Positions 34,496 to 48,174 are shown, counted from the stretch's first letter. The stretch: DNA of 64,000 nt from Macrostomum lignano (GCA_002269645.1 NIVC01003676.1:1-64000), one strand, 5' to 3'. Notes: generated by a model not told the origin, from the letters alone. Numbers and translations: made by a program.

Positions 34496-37400
34496 TTAGT
34501 TGTTGTACAGAGCCAAAAGCTTGGCATCAGCGTTGCCGGCCACAGCAGCAAAGCTGCTCGGAATGACCGTTGACTGAAACAGCCAGCATTCGAGTGTGGC
34601 AGTCCTGAACAGGACGAACAGGCAGTTGGTCAGCTGCGAGCAGCGCAGCAGGCATTCAATATCCGACCTCATTTGAGTCAGAGCAGCAATAAGGCTGGTC
34701 GATGTCATCGAATAGCTTGGTTGGATCGCATTGGCAACTTCGTTGTCCGGGACGGCTTAAAAATTATTATTGAATTATTAGAATCGATAGCTGATTTAAA
34801 ATGAGGTAGAATGATGTTTCTGGAAAAAGTTTCAAAAATCTGTACATATGTAGCCATAGCAACTCTGGGGATCCCTTTATTACACACCGCTAGTCCTTTA
34901 AAAGTAGGCCGCATCACCATGGTGGTATTCCATGATAGCAAAATACCTCGGCATCTAGAGGTCAAAGAAAGTCAATCAATTTCTCTCACTTTGAGAAAAA
35001 CCAAGAAGGATTGGCCATGGACAATAAAGTTGGGCTTAATCATGGACTTCTATACTTAGCATCTGGACTGGAAGCGAAAAAATTCGCGTTACCACATGAG
35101 GCCATCAGAAATGTATTTAATTTTTTATCGCGAGGCAACGACGCAAATTCAAACTGATTAATTTCATTAATTATAATGAAATTAAATTATATACATGTAA
35201 TTTAAAACGAATTACATATTAATTCGAATTATATACATGTTGTTATATATATTAGCAGTGTGCAGAGAAAAAGATGCATGTGTGCATATGTCACTTGAAC
35301 AAATCGGTAAGAAACGAGAGTAGGCAGTATTAACAAAGGACTGAACAGCTTAGATGTGACACGAAAGCAGGTCAGTGGCGTGTCAGACAGATTGAAAAGC
35401 ATCATCGACACAAATCAAAGTTGTTAGTATGAACTGCCACTGGAAAGTTTAGCCGACTTTCGCTTACTTTTGGCTCCAGCTCCACCAACCGAAATATCTT
35501 TGACCAAATTTTTCATCATGCAGTTGAAAAATGCGCAAATAATTCCCTCTTTTACATCATGGCCAGCCGTGCACATCATCTGACCCATGAAATGTTCCAG
35601 GTAAATGCTGTCCTCCATCATCTCGTCAACAATGTGACAGAACAGTTACATCTGGTTGGGCGCGGTCAGCAGCCTTCTGCGCAGTTCATTGCTGATGATT
35701 TCTCTATGTTAGGCTCAGATGTGAAATGCAGTGAGCAGATGCGAGAGTACTTGGTGGGTTCAAAGTCCTTCCTCGGATTCGCCTTGTTCCATTTTCCAGT
35801 AGACTCGGCTTGTTAAGTGGATAACAATGAAACGTCATAATCCTGTCTGGTGTCGAACTATTAGCGAAGCCACTCCTGCAGCCGAATGCCGAACACTTAT
35901 TCACCATAATGGTTGGTTATTCGTAAGTGAGACTTTAGAATAACCGCATTGTCGAATTTCAGTGGGGCCGTAGACAAAAAGGGCATCGAAAGGAGAGAGG
36001 GGTTACCGAGGAGAGAGAGACATAAAGACTGAGGTGGTTTGCTGGAGTTTGGGCCATAGACAACGAAGTTGCAAACAGGCTGGGGGTTAAGAGGGTGGAA
36101 AGGAAGGAGATGTGGAGAGAAAGAGAGAATAAAACGTAAATAGCTACATTCGCTTGGCCATGGAGAACCAGACGTCATATCCGATCAACTGGGGCAATCT
36201 GCCTGTCGAAAGTTTAGCCAACGTATCTAGCAGCGAACTCAATTGGATCTCAAGACTTTCCACATCTCAGAAGGACATGAAGGATAACGAAGACTTTTTG
36301 AACTTCTTGCACTTTCTTGAGACCTGGAATCGGCTGGGCATTCGATGAGCGAGATCATGGCTATCACGGGTCAAAAGTCCGAGAGCACGGTCCGGCGCTA
36401 CCTGGCAGTTAAACGGGACAAGTCCCTGCAACAATGCAGCGATGCAGTGTCGCGTGCGTTGAACATGGGACAAAGCGCCGCGACCCACGGTCAAGTAACA
36501 ATGCCTGCTGACATCAGCATCCAAAGTTCCATCGTGCAAGAAGCAGTGAGCGTGTCTGATGGTCGTCAGATGAACGGTCGGAATATCTTTATTATGAACA
36601 ACTGCACTTTTAACAATTGCAATCTGTAATGGTCTTCGGCACTATGACAATTGCGCCATATTGATACTGCACAATTAACTTTCCATAGCGCTAATCTTTT
36701 GTTGTTGGTGTTTGCTGTTTTGTTCTAAAAATAGGTGTCCATTATCCCGAGTTTGAAATCATTATCCTGAAGTTTAAGTGAAAAAATAAATAAATGTGCT
36801 CATGGTTTAACCATAGACGATTGCATTATCCTAAAGGCTGATTTATTTTGACAATGAAGGATATGCTTTCATTATGCAGAGTCAAATGAAGAAAGTGAGT
36901 TTAGTTGTATTCGATATAAGCCGCAGCAGTTTTTGATAAATGCATATCTATGGAAACAATTGGCCTCATGTGGTAATTTTTTTTGCGAGAATTTTTTCGC
37001 TTCCAGTCCAGATGCTAAGTATAGAAGTCCATAGCTTAATGATAGAACAAAGTACATTATCTGAAAATACCAGCTTTATTATTAGCCATAGACTATAAGC
37101 TGCTGTAGCATTTCATAAAAAAATAAGCGCACCTCAAATGAAATACATACTTCATTCATTCACTTGATCCCGATCTTAAATTTTAAATTCGATTCTTTCA
37201 AATATCCTACTTACCCACGTAGACGTCAACCTCGCAGAAATTGAAGTAGGCCTGAGTGATAGCGGTCAGACCAGTTCGATTCTTGTACAGAGCCAGGTAG
37301 CGACCAACGACAGGGGACGGGCAGGTCAGGCTGATAGGATTTGTAGCATCGGTGGGCGCTCCAGTAAAGTAGAAACAACGTTTGAATAGGTTCTCGCTGA

Positions 37401-38430
37401 AGCTGGACCAAGCGGCCGCGTCCGATGATATGCCTGCGAGTGGCAGGAGAATTTCGGTGAGCTAAAGCTGGTTGCAAATTTTTTATGGAGCATGGATTAA
37501 GATAGCAGAATTTTCCTAACAATGAGTCCTCTTGTGTATCAAAAATACAAATAAGTGATCTGTGATCCGATTTACCTGAAACCCTAATGTCCGTAGTTCT
37601 AGGAACTGTAATCCTGAGAGCCGTAATCTTGTGAAATGTAATCCCAAGAACTTATAATCCTGAGAATTTATAATCCTGAGAACTGTAATCCTGAGAACTG
37701 TAATCCTGAGAACTGTAACCCTGAGAACTGTAATCCTGAGAACTGTGAAAGCCTGAAAATTGAGGATCTGAGGACTAAAATCCTTAGATACCGTAACGAG
37801 TACTATGATCCTGGAAGCAATACCATCATTAGTTCTAGAAAACTTTCCTAGAAAGAAATCAATACAGCCTGGAAAAGCGGCTCAACTCACTCACCAAGGC
37901 TAATCTGGGTAAACCGAACCTCGTCCGTGCTATCCAGTCGGTTCCAGACATTGACCCCGGCGATTCGGTAGGACTGCAGCAGGTCCAGCATCCACCAGGG
38001 CACCGTGTCGCTGCCGGAGTTCAACACGCACTGAGCGGCGTCCACGTAATGCCCATCAGTGTTGCCATTGTAGGCCAGCTCAGCAGACTGCCCAGACGTG
38101 TGCTGGGACGAGATTTTTGCCGGCAGAAACTTCGGCATCAGGACGCTTCGACCTGGGCGTTGGGACGAGTTGTGTGTCTAAGAGTTATGAACTTCTAGAC
38201 TAAAAAGTCATGCAAGCTCGCGACTCGATAGACTTAGAATCCACGGAGAGTATCAACATGTATAATCCTATATGCTAAAAATGAGTTTTTGTATGTATGT
38301 AGCTATTCTCATTTACATCCTCAAAAGCGATGCAACAACTAGGTAAATGTAAACTAACTATAAACTCACCGTCCAGACGGACGAAAAGAAGATTTAACAA
38401 AGTAAACAGAAGCAGAATGGATTTCTCCAT
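34496..38430 (-). CDS. Secreted F-type lectin + PAN/Apple protein, copy B, 4 exons, 265 aa
   Basis: Exons 38430-38370, 38152-37895, 37433-37215 and 34755-34496. Same splice sites and exon lengths as copy A except an in-frame 3-nt deletion in exon 4. The total of 798 nt is open. Confidence 0.85.
35041..37033 (-). mobile_element. P-superfamily (THAP9/Galileo-like) internal-deletion derivative with ~45-bp TIR and 7-bp TSD
   Basis: CATGGACTTCTATACTTAGCATCTGGACTGGAAGCGAAAAAATTC at 35041 and its inverse ending 37033; GCTTAAT at 35034-40 and 37034-40. THAP C2CH MVNKCSAFGC..FHCYP / KWNKANPR..SRICSLHF (35907 to ~35720) is fused to a transposase-like C-terminus (to 35424). Confidence 0.8.
36054..36818 (+). 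mobile_element. Internally deleted Crypton-like (DUF3504-type tyrosine recombinase) element nested in the P derivative
   Basis: An N-terminal piece (LANVSSSEL..STSQK..EDFLNFLHFL) is joined at ~36323 to the C-terminal LESAGHSMSEIMAITGQKSESTVRRY..CSDAVSRAL..NNCTFNNCN. CCATAGAC direct repeats at 36054 and 36811. Confidence 0.6.
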
Positions 38431-38954
38431 GACGAATATTTCTCAATGAGCAGGGGATGCAATTAGAGCTGAGTTGGGCTGTCCGTCTATCAGCCAAAAG
38501 AGAAGGGTAGGCTCAGTTTTATCAGTTTAAGTTTTAGCTTTAGTGTAGATTTTACTGTCAGGGCCTCATTAATCATAGAGGGTGGCTGCGACTCCTCATA
38601 AACTGAAAAAGCTCTAAGGCTCCCTAACCCCACACTGCCGGTTGAATGTCCCCCCCCCCTCCACAGAACTTGCATATAGAATATAGAGGCCTTATATTGT
38701 TTTTCTGGACCAAAGTAGTAGAATTAAAAGCCTTGCTATATAATTGGATATCTCTACCTGAGCGGCTGTATCTGACAATGTATCCGTAAGCCAGCCTAGC
38801 CTAATCAATATTTTATGGATTTGATTCTGGAAGGACGGAGTTTTAGTCCATTCATCCAAACAATTGCTGCATTGCCTACTTTTTTGAAATATTTTATAGC
38901 TTGCTTTTTCACTGAAAATTTGTAAAGTAGCTAAGGAGACACAGAGCTAATAAA

Positions 38955-39140
38955 AGTAAGCTATGTAGCTAATAAAAGTAAGCTATGGAGCTAACAAGAG
39001 TAAGCTATGGAGCTAACAAGAGTAAGCTATGGAGCTAACAAGAGTAAGCTATGGAGCTAACAAGAGTAAGCTATGGAGCTAACAAGAGTAAACTATGCGA
39101 GCTAACAAGAATAAGCTATGCGCTAACAAGAGTAAGCTAT
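38955..39140. repeat. 22-bp minisatellite (AGAGTAAGCTATGGAGCTAACA)
   Basis: Directly visible. Confidence 0.92.
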
Positions 39141-39279
39141 GAAGTTTACAACAGTGATAAAATCTATGAGGCTTACATGGCTTTGTTTAATCCTTATAAC
39201 AAACTGGTTTGCGTGGTAGCAAGTTATAGAAGCTTTTATGCTCAGCAGAGTTTACTTGGAATATAGTAATTATTTGCTG

Positions 39280-39850
39280 CTATCACCACACCCAGTCCAC
39301 TCATCTGTGGACCAGCACCAGCGCTGGTATTAGGAACCAATCGAACAGCCTGGTTCTCGGTCCCGGCCTTCTCAGTCAAGCCAGGAACAGTCTCAGTCTC
39401 CACTGGTTCACATGAGCCGTTGTTAATCGCAGGCAGGTCAGCTGCAGTCAGCAGAGCAGAGGGCGCTGAACGATAAACTTGGCTGAAATCGAAGCAGTGC
39501 CAGGTTGAGAACTCAACCAGATTGATTCGCCCACTTGCTCGGTCATGGTCAGCGGGTGGCGTAGGCGGCGACCCCACATGAGGATGTCCGGCGAGCCCGA
39601 GCGGTCCCCGCTAGGCCTACTGGTGCGATTCGAACAGCAGCTTTTGGAGAAACTATAATCGAATAGAAAGACTTTCATCCATGTGTTCAAACCGCTTTAC
39701 AGACTTCTCACCAACCACTTAGCCTGTCCGTTCGATGCAGGATGATAAGGCGGGATGTGCACCTTCTGGCATCCTACACTTTTCAGCCAATGCGACACTC
39801 TCTCCGACCTAAATTCAGGCGCATTAAGATCAGAGTGCAGCAGGAACTTG
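39280..39850 (-). mobile_element. Ty3/Gypsy integrase remnant
   Basis: LHSD..APEFRSERVSHWLKSVGCQKVHIPPYHPASNGQAKWLVRSL, then SPDILMWGRRLRHPL; frameshifted. Confidence 0.7.
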
Positions 39851-42800
39851 CGCTTGGCCATCGCTCCCTGGAGGCTTAAAACTAACTCCAGGTTCGATAA
39901 GCCGGCGTGTGGTTTCGGCTGCCTTACGGCGGACGAAAATGTCCTGGGGCGTGAGGCAGAGGAAGGCATTGAGGCCGTCAAAGGGAGCAGAGAGCGCGCG
40001 AGGCATTCAGAGTCATGCGACACGCGCGTCCCTGCAACCTCTTTGAGAACTTCGTGTCAGGTTTTGATCTGCAAGGCGCTGTTTACATGTATATATAGTG
40101 TCTACGCGGAAATACTGCTAACTGAAGGCATACATGAAAATCCAGGTTCCTTATTAACTCATACCGATCGCGTCGAATTTGCGTTCCTAAAGTTACATGT
40201 ATTTACCGGCAAATTTTATCAAGTTCAAAAATGCTGCTCGCCTGATCATTTTTTGTAAAACAATTACTCTTGAGTTTATATAAAAATTTATTGCAGTTAC
40301 TTAACTCAGAAAGCTTTTGAAATTGAAACAATTCGTTAAAACCAGAAATTTAATTCCAAATTTAAATGTGGACCTTCGATTATCGGAATTTTATTTATTA
40401 GTATATTGTTACATTGACACATGACATACATGCTTAGCCTACTGAGTCTCACTCCAACCGGCGCCGTGCAACCTCTCTTAAATTTAATTTATGTTGAGTT
40501 GGTGATCAAGACTAGCCCTATCGAATAATTAGGCAGAGACGGAGCAGGGCATGGTTAGACTTGAGTCACACAATGTGTTGTATCAAAAAGTTGAATGTAA
40601 ATTATGCCTAGGGGCCTATCTGAAACAGGGTTTTTTTATGCAAATAGGGTGTAGTTTACACCCTGAAATTTGGATTTGACCCACTTGGCACTTTTTTGGC
40701 ACTGGATGCAACTTGTGCATCTGTATTTTTTTAGATCAAGATGCATGCAAGTCATTTTTTAGCAAAAGTTACAAATAAAACATCATGCAGACATGTATAA
40801 ATATATTGTTTCAATACTTTTTTGCATCTTCATTGAATACTTTCCCTAAATTTAGACCTAGATGCAAGTTGCATCCTGGTTTTCATATTTGTATCCATTT
40901 TTAGGCTTGAGTTGCAAGCTTGCAAGTTGCATCCACATTTTTGCCAATTTTGGTAGAAAAAACCTGATCTGAAAGTTAATGAGCTCTGTTGCTCATGGAA
41001 TAATGACATGACATGACTCACTTTATATGTAATCAAATAAAACTGATTTATTTGAAAATGCCCTGGCATTTAAAAAAATAAGCCTAACCTTAATTAATTT
41101 TTAAGAAGATAGCTAATTAGGCCTAATGTCCTATGTCCACAGTCCACACAATTTGCACAAGATGTGGTCGTGCACATGTTTAATTTTTGAAATTACCCAA
41201 CTTATGATTTAGGCCTAGTACTACACTCATGACTTATAGCAAGTAATAAGCCTACTGACTAAAAAGAAAACTAAGTAGTTAGGCCTAGGCCTTACCCAAA
41301 TCTAACTCAAATTTAATTTTTAATACATTTGATTTTGCTCAGGTTAGCCATTTAGCCTAGTTGCCAAGGGTGTACATCAAAATAGCTATATGCAAAATGG
41401 CCTCACAAAACAGCCAAATATCAACTCAACTTGTGCTAGACAGTAGACATAGTATAAACATAGACTTATGCTAGACGTATTATATAGTTCTTAGACTAGG
41501 CCTAAATGAGTGAGGTGACAGTTTTTCTCATTGTTTGCTAAGCTGTATGTAGGCAGACACAAAGTTTTCTCTTTCTAAAACTGTTCATCTACTAGGAAAT
41601 AAAGATAGGAATGCAGAGTAAGGTTAGAGTTGGAGCTAGGCCTACCTAACAATCTTTTTGTTGATATTGTTAAAACTCTACAAGGGTTGGTCTCTTTAAA
41701 TATGACAATCTATACTAGCTTATATATACATGCCATTATAAAAAAAAGGGTTTAAAAAGGGAGAAACATGCGACAATAATAGATTTGAAATAATAGGGAG
41801 CCTACAGAGACTTTTGTCTATTATATAAATTTAATCCCTAATTAATTAGGGTAGAGTCCCCAATTATTCTCTTGCTTGTTCACTCTTATCCTAGGCCTAT
41901 TTTTGTCACTTTTTGCCAAATCTAGCTTCCTAGTATTATTCCCAGCAGTATTATATTTTATTTGTATATATGATTTATTTAGGTTCCATTTTATGAGTTT
42001 AAGTTTATATATAGGCTAGATAGATAGATACAAAGATGCTAAAGAGTCAGAGACTCTTAGTGTTCATACACTCACGAAAAAACTCAGAGGTAGGAAGTGG
42101 CCTTTTAAGTAAGGTAAGATAGATAGCCTTTTAAGTAGGCTGAGGTAGATGGCCTAAAGGTCACTCACTAGTAAAGGTCTTTAGAAATGTCTAAATACAT
42201 GTATGTCTAAGACAATATGGGTTGCATGGTAGATTGAGCATGATGATAACAAGGGGGTTCATTTCCCTGCATCCATAGCTATGTAACACATGGTTGAGAA
42301 ATTGCGCTGTTGCACTAGTAGAATTGTAGCTAGATGTCTAGTTCTTGCCAAAAAATGTCTACCATCTGCTTTGCCATGCTGCACTCTTGCCAAAGCTTAG
42401 ATGGTGGGGTGCTACCAACTGGGGTCTACTTGGCCAACTGCTACTTAGTCTCTAGGTCAAAACTGTAAATCTAGGACTTGTCACTATTGACAATATCCCA
42501 GACTAAGTTTGAGTTACCTGCATTGAATCTGTTGAGCATGGTGCACCACTAGGTCACCCAAGCCTTCTTCTGTTCCATAGTCAGCTGATGAGGCACCTAG
42601 CATATAGAAATCTTGCTCAGGTTGAGCTGTGAATGCAGAATTGTCCTGATGGATCCCAATGAGATGCCCTATTGCAGCGCATGGCTTAAGTACGCCAGAC
42701 ACCTACACAACCTGCGCCACGCTGTGAAATGACTTACCTGTGAAAGAAACCCAAAAGCAAAATTAACGCAGTTTTGGGTAAACGGCAGGAGTAACTATTA

Positions 42801-42949
42801 CTGTCTTATCAAGCCTAAATGCCTCGGCATCTAATTAGTACCGCGCCGCGCTGTACTAATCGCCGTGTGCTGTATGCGCCGCGCCGTATTAGATCCGCGC
42901 CAGACGCCGTCCGCCAAAATGCCCATGCGCTGCAATCAGGATGAGATGC

Positions 42950-44090
42950 CCACCTCTGCCTCTATCTAAGCCGCAGTGACTTAAGCATCATCCTCAACCA
43001 TGGCCCAAATAGCAGCAACATTCTCCTCTTTTGTTGCAGAGACAGGCTAGTTGCTGCGCTCTTCATCATCCAGCCTCTGCCTGCCACATCAAAATTTGGC
43101 AAACCATTAAAAATGGAGGATCTAGATGGTGCTTCATCCCCAAAAGCTCTTTAGAATCATTCAAAACTTTCTTGCTATTGCAAACCACTTTTAAAATGTG
43201 AAATCATGTTCTGAAATCATGGCTCTAAAATGACTTCTATTGAGCTCCATTTTGAATTTGAGAGATAAAGTAGGTATGCTAGCTTGTTTTGTGTGCTGCA
43301 TTGGCTATATATGACCAGTATGTCTGAAATGTTACAAACATTATACTTGTATAATGTACTTGATGCATTAATGCATTTGATGTCTGATTTTGTCAGCCGC
43401 CTCTCAACTATGCACATCCAGATTCCAGAAACTTATTGCTTACCCCTTGTATGAGAGATTTTAATGCTCCCCTCATGGTTGACAGCAAGCTGGTGAAGAA
43501 CAGATCTAGATGTCTGAATGCCAACTCTCCTTTGTTGATAGACTTCAGAGAAGCTGATCCCTCTTAATAGCTACTTTGGTGTGCTTGGGCGCAACCTTTG
43601 GATTCACTCAGCCATTTCTATTGGCAACACACATGTATGTTGCTATTGGACAGAATAGTAGTCACAATCGGAATGTGAGGTATCACTCTGGATTTTATGT
43701 TCCCTAAGCTCCTCAATTTGATCCTGAGGAACAGACTGCTGCCAGTCATCTATCTGCTTCTGCTAGATGCTCAGAGTGGTTTCAGCCTAGGAAGATCTAC
43801 TGTCGAATAAGATTACTACTGTCCATAGCATCACTGAGTCCTATGTGATATGGCAAAATTTGATGACCTTTGTTTTTGTTGACTTCCACAAAGCCTTTGA
43901 CTCAATTGTTCACTTTGCTATTGGGTGGCTCCACTCCTACTAATGTTCCACCAATTCTGGTGGTGGCCATCATTGACCTCTATTCTGACATCCACACTTT
44001 TGTCAAAATGAAGAAAGATATAATCAAGGCTTTCATTACCAGTTTTGGCATCTTGCATCCCCACATTTTCTGGGGAAAAACTTACAAATG
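42950..44090 (+). mobile_element. Degraded non-LTR retrotransposon (LINE) remnant
   Basis: RT motif FVDFHKAFDSI at 43875-43907, followed by VPPILVVAIIDLYSD; many stops; clade not determinable. Confidence 0.55.
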
Positions 44091-44769
44091 TTTTCTGTCA
44101 AACTGTTGAATTACAGGGTGATAGGCAAAATGGATTACTCACAGTGCACAGTGTTATCTTTTTTGGGATACCCATTACATATACATACATTGAAAATTTA
44201 TACATGTATGTGTATATATATGTGTGTATGTGTATGTATATGTATATATATTACATAATTGGTATATATATACGCATATATATTTTCTAAACAATATACA
44301 TATTAGGTAAATATGTGTATGTGTATATAAGCTATATAAAGCTATGTAAAAATATATTAAAAAAATTAAATATTTTGAAAATTTATATAAATGGACAAAG
44401 CAAATGAGCAAAGTGTAAAATAAGCCAAAAATTGAAGTATATAATATATACTAACCTATAATAAAATGCAATATTCATCATAATTTAACTAGCAAAAAAT
44501 TCAACATTATACTTGATTATAACAGGCTTCTCTTATAATCTAGATTGTATTTGCTTAAGATTTTTATTGCTTCATAATTTTTAAATAGGATTGTACAAAG
44601 TCATTAACTATTGTATTCAGTTTTTTAAATGAGTGATAGGGACCATCTTAGTTTGTGCCTCTGTAGTTGATAGCCTAGTCCTTTTATAGCTAGTGCTCCA
44701 CTCCCTTTGTAGCTAGTCCCTAGTGACCTAGCCTTTGTAGCTAATGCCCCAGCCTCTATATCTAGTGGT

Positions 44770-46195
44770 GCCCCACCCCCTCTGTAGCCAGTGCCCCACC
44801 TCCTCTGTAGCTGGTGCCCTATCCCATCTATCCCCTCTGTAGCTGGTGCCCCATCCCCCCTATCCCCTCTGTAGCTAGTGCCCCATCCCCCTTATCCCTT
44901 CTGTAGCTGGTGCCTCATTCCCTCTATCCCCTCTGTAGCTGGTGCCCCATCCCCTCTATCCCCTCTGTAGCTGGTGCCCCATCCCCTCTATCCCCTCTGT
45001 AGCTGGTGCCTCATTACCTCTATCCCCTCTATAGCTGGTGCCCCATCCCATCTATCCCCTCTGTAGCTGGTGCCCCATCCCCTCTATACCCTCTGTAGCT
45101 GGTGCCCCATCCCCTCTATCCCCTCTGTAGCTGGTGCCCCATTCCCTCTATCCCTTCTGTAGCTGGTGCCCCATCCCCTCTATCCCTTCTGTAGCTGGTG
45201 CCTCATTCCCTCTATCCCCTCTGTAGCTGGTGCCCCAGCCCCCATTCCCTCTGTAGCTGGTGCCCCATCCCCTCTATCCCCTCTGTAGCTGGTGCCCCAT
45301 CCCCTCTATCCCCTCTGTAGCTAGTGCCCCATCCCCCTTATCCCTTCTGTAGCTGGTGCCTCATTCCCTCTATCCCCTCTGTAGCTGGTGCCCCATCCCC
45401 TCTATCCCCTCTGTAGCTGGTGCCCCATCCCCTCTATCCCCTCTGTAGCTGGTGCCTCATTACCTCTATCCCCTCTATAGCTGGTGCCCCATCCCATCTA
45501 TCCCCTCTGTAGCTGGTGCCCCATCCCCTCTATACCCTCTGTAGCTGGTGCCCCATCCCCTCTATCCCCTCTGTAGCTGGTGCCCCATTCCCTCTATCCC
45601 TTCTGTAGCTGGTGCCCCATCCCCTCTATCCCTTCTGTAGCTGGTGCCTCATTCCCTCTATCCCCTCTGTAGCTGGTGCCCCAGCCCCCATTCCCTCTGT
45701 AGCTGGTGCCCCATCCCCTCTATCCCCTCTGTAGCTGGTGCCCCATCCCCTCTATCCCCTCTGTAGCTGGTGCCCCATCCTGTCTATCCCCTCTGTAGCT
45801 GGTGCCCCATCCCCTCTATCCCCTCTGTAGCTGGTGCCCCATCCTGTCTATCCCCTCTGTAGCTGGTGCCTCATCCCCTCTATCCCCTCTGTAGCTGGTG
45901 CCCCATCCCCTCTATCCCCTCTGTAGCTGGTGCCCCATCCCCTCTATACCCTCTGTAGCTGGTGCCCCATCCCCTCTATCCCCTCTGTAGCTGGTGCCCC
46001 ATCCCCTCTATCCCCTCTGTAGCTGGTGCCTCATTACCTCTATCCCCTCTATAGCTGGTGCCCCATCCCATCTATCCCCTCTGTAGCTGGTGCCCCATCC
46101 CCTCTATACCCTCTGTAGCTGGTGCCCCATCCCCTCTATACCCTCTGTAGCTGGTGCCCCATCCCCTCTATCCCCTCTGTAGCTGGTGCCCTATC
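44770..46195. repeat. 32-bp minisatellite (CTGTAGCTGGTGCCCCATCCCCTCTATCCCCT)
   Basis: Directly visible. Confidence 0.98.
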
Positions 46196-46292
46196 TCTTT
46201 TAGCTAAATTAATAACGTACATTAAATAAAGAATAAATAAAATGTGATGAAATTTCTGACTGCTACAGTAAACCCAATAGCCAATCAATACA

Positions 46293-46797
46293 ATGGAGAA
46301 GCCGCAAATCATTGCTCACGTGCAGAAGTCGCTTAATTACACGCTGTACGACTGCAAGTGGTTGCCAGGTACAGCCAGATTCGCTGTGGTTGGCTCGCAT
46401 CCCCGAGGCACTGGCGCGCTGCAGATGTACGAAATTGCCCAAGGCGATGTGACCATTAAATTGGACACCGAAAAGGCCAAATCTTTTAAATGTTGCACCT
46501 TTGGCGCCTCGCTACCCGGTCGGAGTCACCTGGCAACTGGGGATTTCAATGGCCAGTTACACGTATGGGATGTTGACAAGCCGGAAGTGCCAGCTTATTC
46601 GGTCAAGGCGCATCAAGAAATTGTCAACACGATTGATGCAGTTGGTGGCACCGTAGGCGAGGGCGCGCCAGAAATCGCCACAGGATCTCGGGATGGCTCT
46701 GTCCGAGTGTGGGATCCCAGGCAGCCCAATGACCCCGTGGCCTGCATGGAGTCGGATGATAAGGCTACGGCTAGGTGAGAGAAATCCTGTTTGCTAG

Positions 46798-46838
<41 letters not shown>

Positions 46839-46859
46839 GTCTATCTATCCATCTATCTG

Positions 46860-46906
<47 letters not shown>

Positions 46907-47074
46907 GTCTATCTATCTATCTATCTATCCATCTATCTGTCTATCTATCTGTCTATCTATCTGTCTATCTATCTATCTATCTATCTATCTGTCTATCTAT
47001 CTATCTATCTATCTGTCTGTCTGTCTATCTATCTACCTATCTATCTATCTGTCTATATATCTATCTATCTTTCC

Positions 47075-47110
<36 letters not shown>

Positions 47111-47126
47111 GTCTGTCTATCTATCC

Positions 47127-47170
<44 letters not shown>

Positions 47171-47171
47171 G

Positions 47172-47202
<31 letters not shown>

Positions 47203-47956
47203 GTCTATCTATCTATCTATCTATCTGTCTATCTATCCATCTATCTATCTATCCATCTATCTATCTATCTATCTATCTGTCTATCTGTCTATCTATCTAT
47301 CTATCTTTCTATCTACTCATCTACTAATACTAATACTAATATCTAACCAGTCGCCGCCAACCCTAACTGCCCGCAGAGACTGCTGGGCTGTCGCATTCGG
47401 GGACGCGTTCAACTCAACAGAGCGCTGCCTGGTCTCCGGCTACGACAATGGCGACTTGAAACTATTCGACCTGCGAGCCATGGCCCTGCGCTGGGAGACC
47501 AACTTAAAGAATGGCATCTGTGGACTAGAGTTCGATAGACGCGACATACCGGCTAATAAACTGGTGGCGTCCACTTTGGAAGGCAAATTTCACGTGTTCG
47601 ACATGAGAACTCAGCATCCTAATAAGGGATTTGCCAGCCTCACCGAACGAGCTCATAAATCCACTGTTTGGTGCGCCAGGCACCTGCCGCAGAATCGCGA
47701 CGTATTTATGACCTGCGGCGGTTCCGGCGGCCTCTGTCTATGGCAATACAGCTATCCCACTGCTCGCGTTGCTAAGGACTCAGATGGGCTTGACTACGGC
47801 GTAGCCGGCACAGTGGCACTGCTGCAGAATGTCACTCTGAGCACACAGCCTGTGGCTTCGTTCGATTGGAGTCCGGATAAGCTCGGCCTTGGTATTTGCG
47901 CTTCATTTGACCAGTGCCTTCGAGTGCTTATTGTTACTAAGCTGAATAGGCTGTGA
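46293..47956 (+). CDS. WDR92: WD repeat protein 92 / dynein axonemal assembly factor 10, 2 exons, 353 aa
   Basis: Exons 46293-46774 and 47377-47956 (phase-2 GT-AG intron made almost entirely of (TCTA)n). [23 protein letters not shown]; [21 protein letters not shown]; RDCWAVAFG; [15 protein letters not shown]. Confidence 0.96.
46797..47315. repeat. (TCTA)n microsatellite filling the WDR92 intron
   Basis: Directly visible. Confidence 0.98.
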
Positions 47957-48174
47957 ATTTCCTTACTGACTTGTGTTATCTACAATGCATATACGCTTCT
48001 AGGCAACTCTTTAGCCGATCCCCCAAAAAAGACCTTGAAACGTCATTAATAGGTATTTGCTGCACTAAAATGTTCCCGAGAATTTCGCAGCCTAACTTGA
48101 AGTATCTCACTTGAGCGGCCCCTATGAATTTTTCTAACCTCAAATTTTCCCTAATCCGGCCCTAAGAAATTAGC

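Noticed and set aside
40630-41066. hAT-like MITE (CAGGG...CCCTG)
   Set aside because: TIR match is only partial and there is no TSD.
42330-42760. Possible exon on the minus strand (…LGASSADYGTEEGLGDLVV…)
   Set aside because: No recognisable family or partner exons; lies in mutated TE debris.
46775-47376. IYLS-repeat N-terminus of the 393-aa ORF
   Set aside because: It is the (TCTA)n intron of WDR92.
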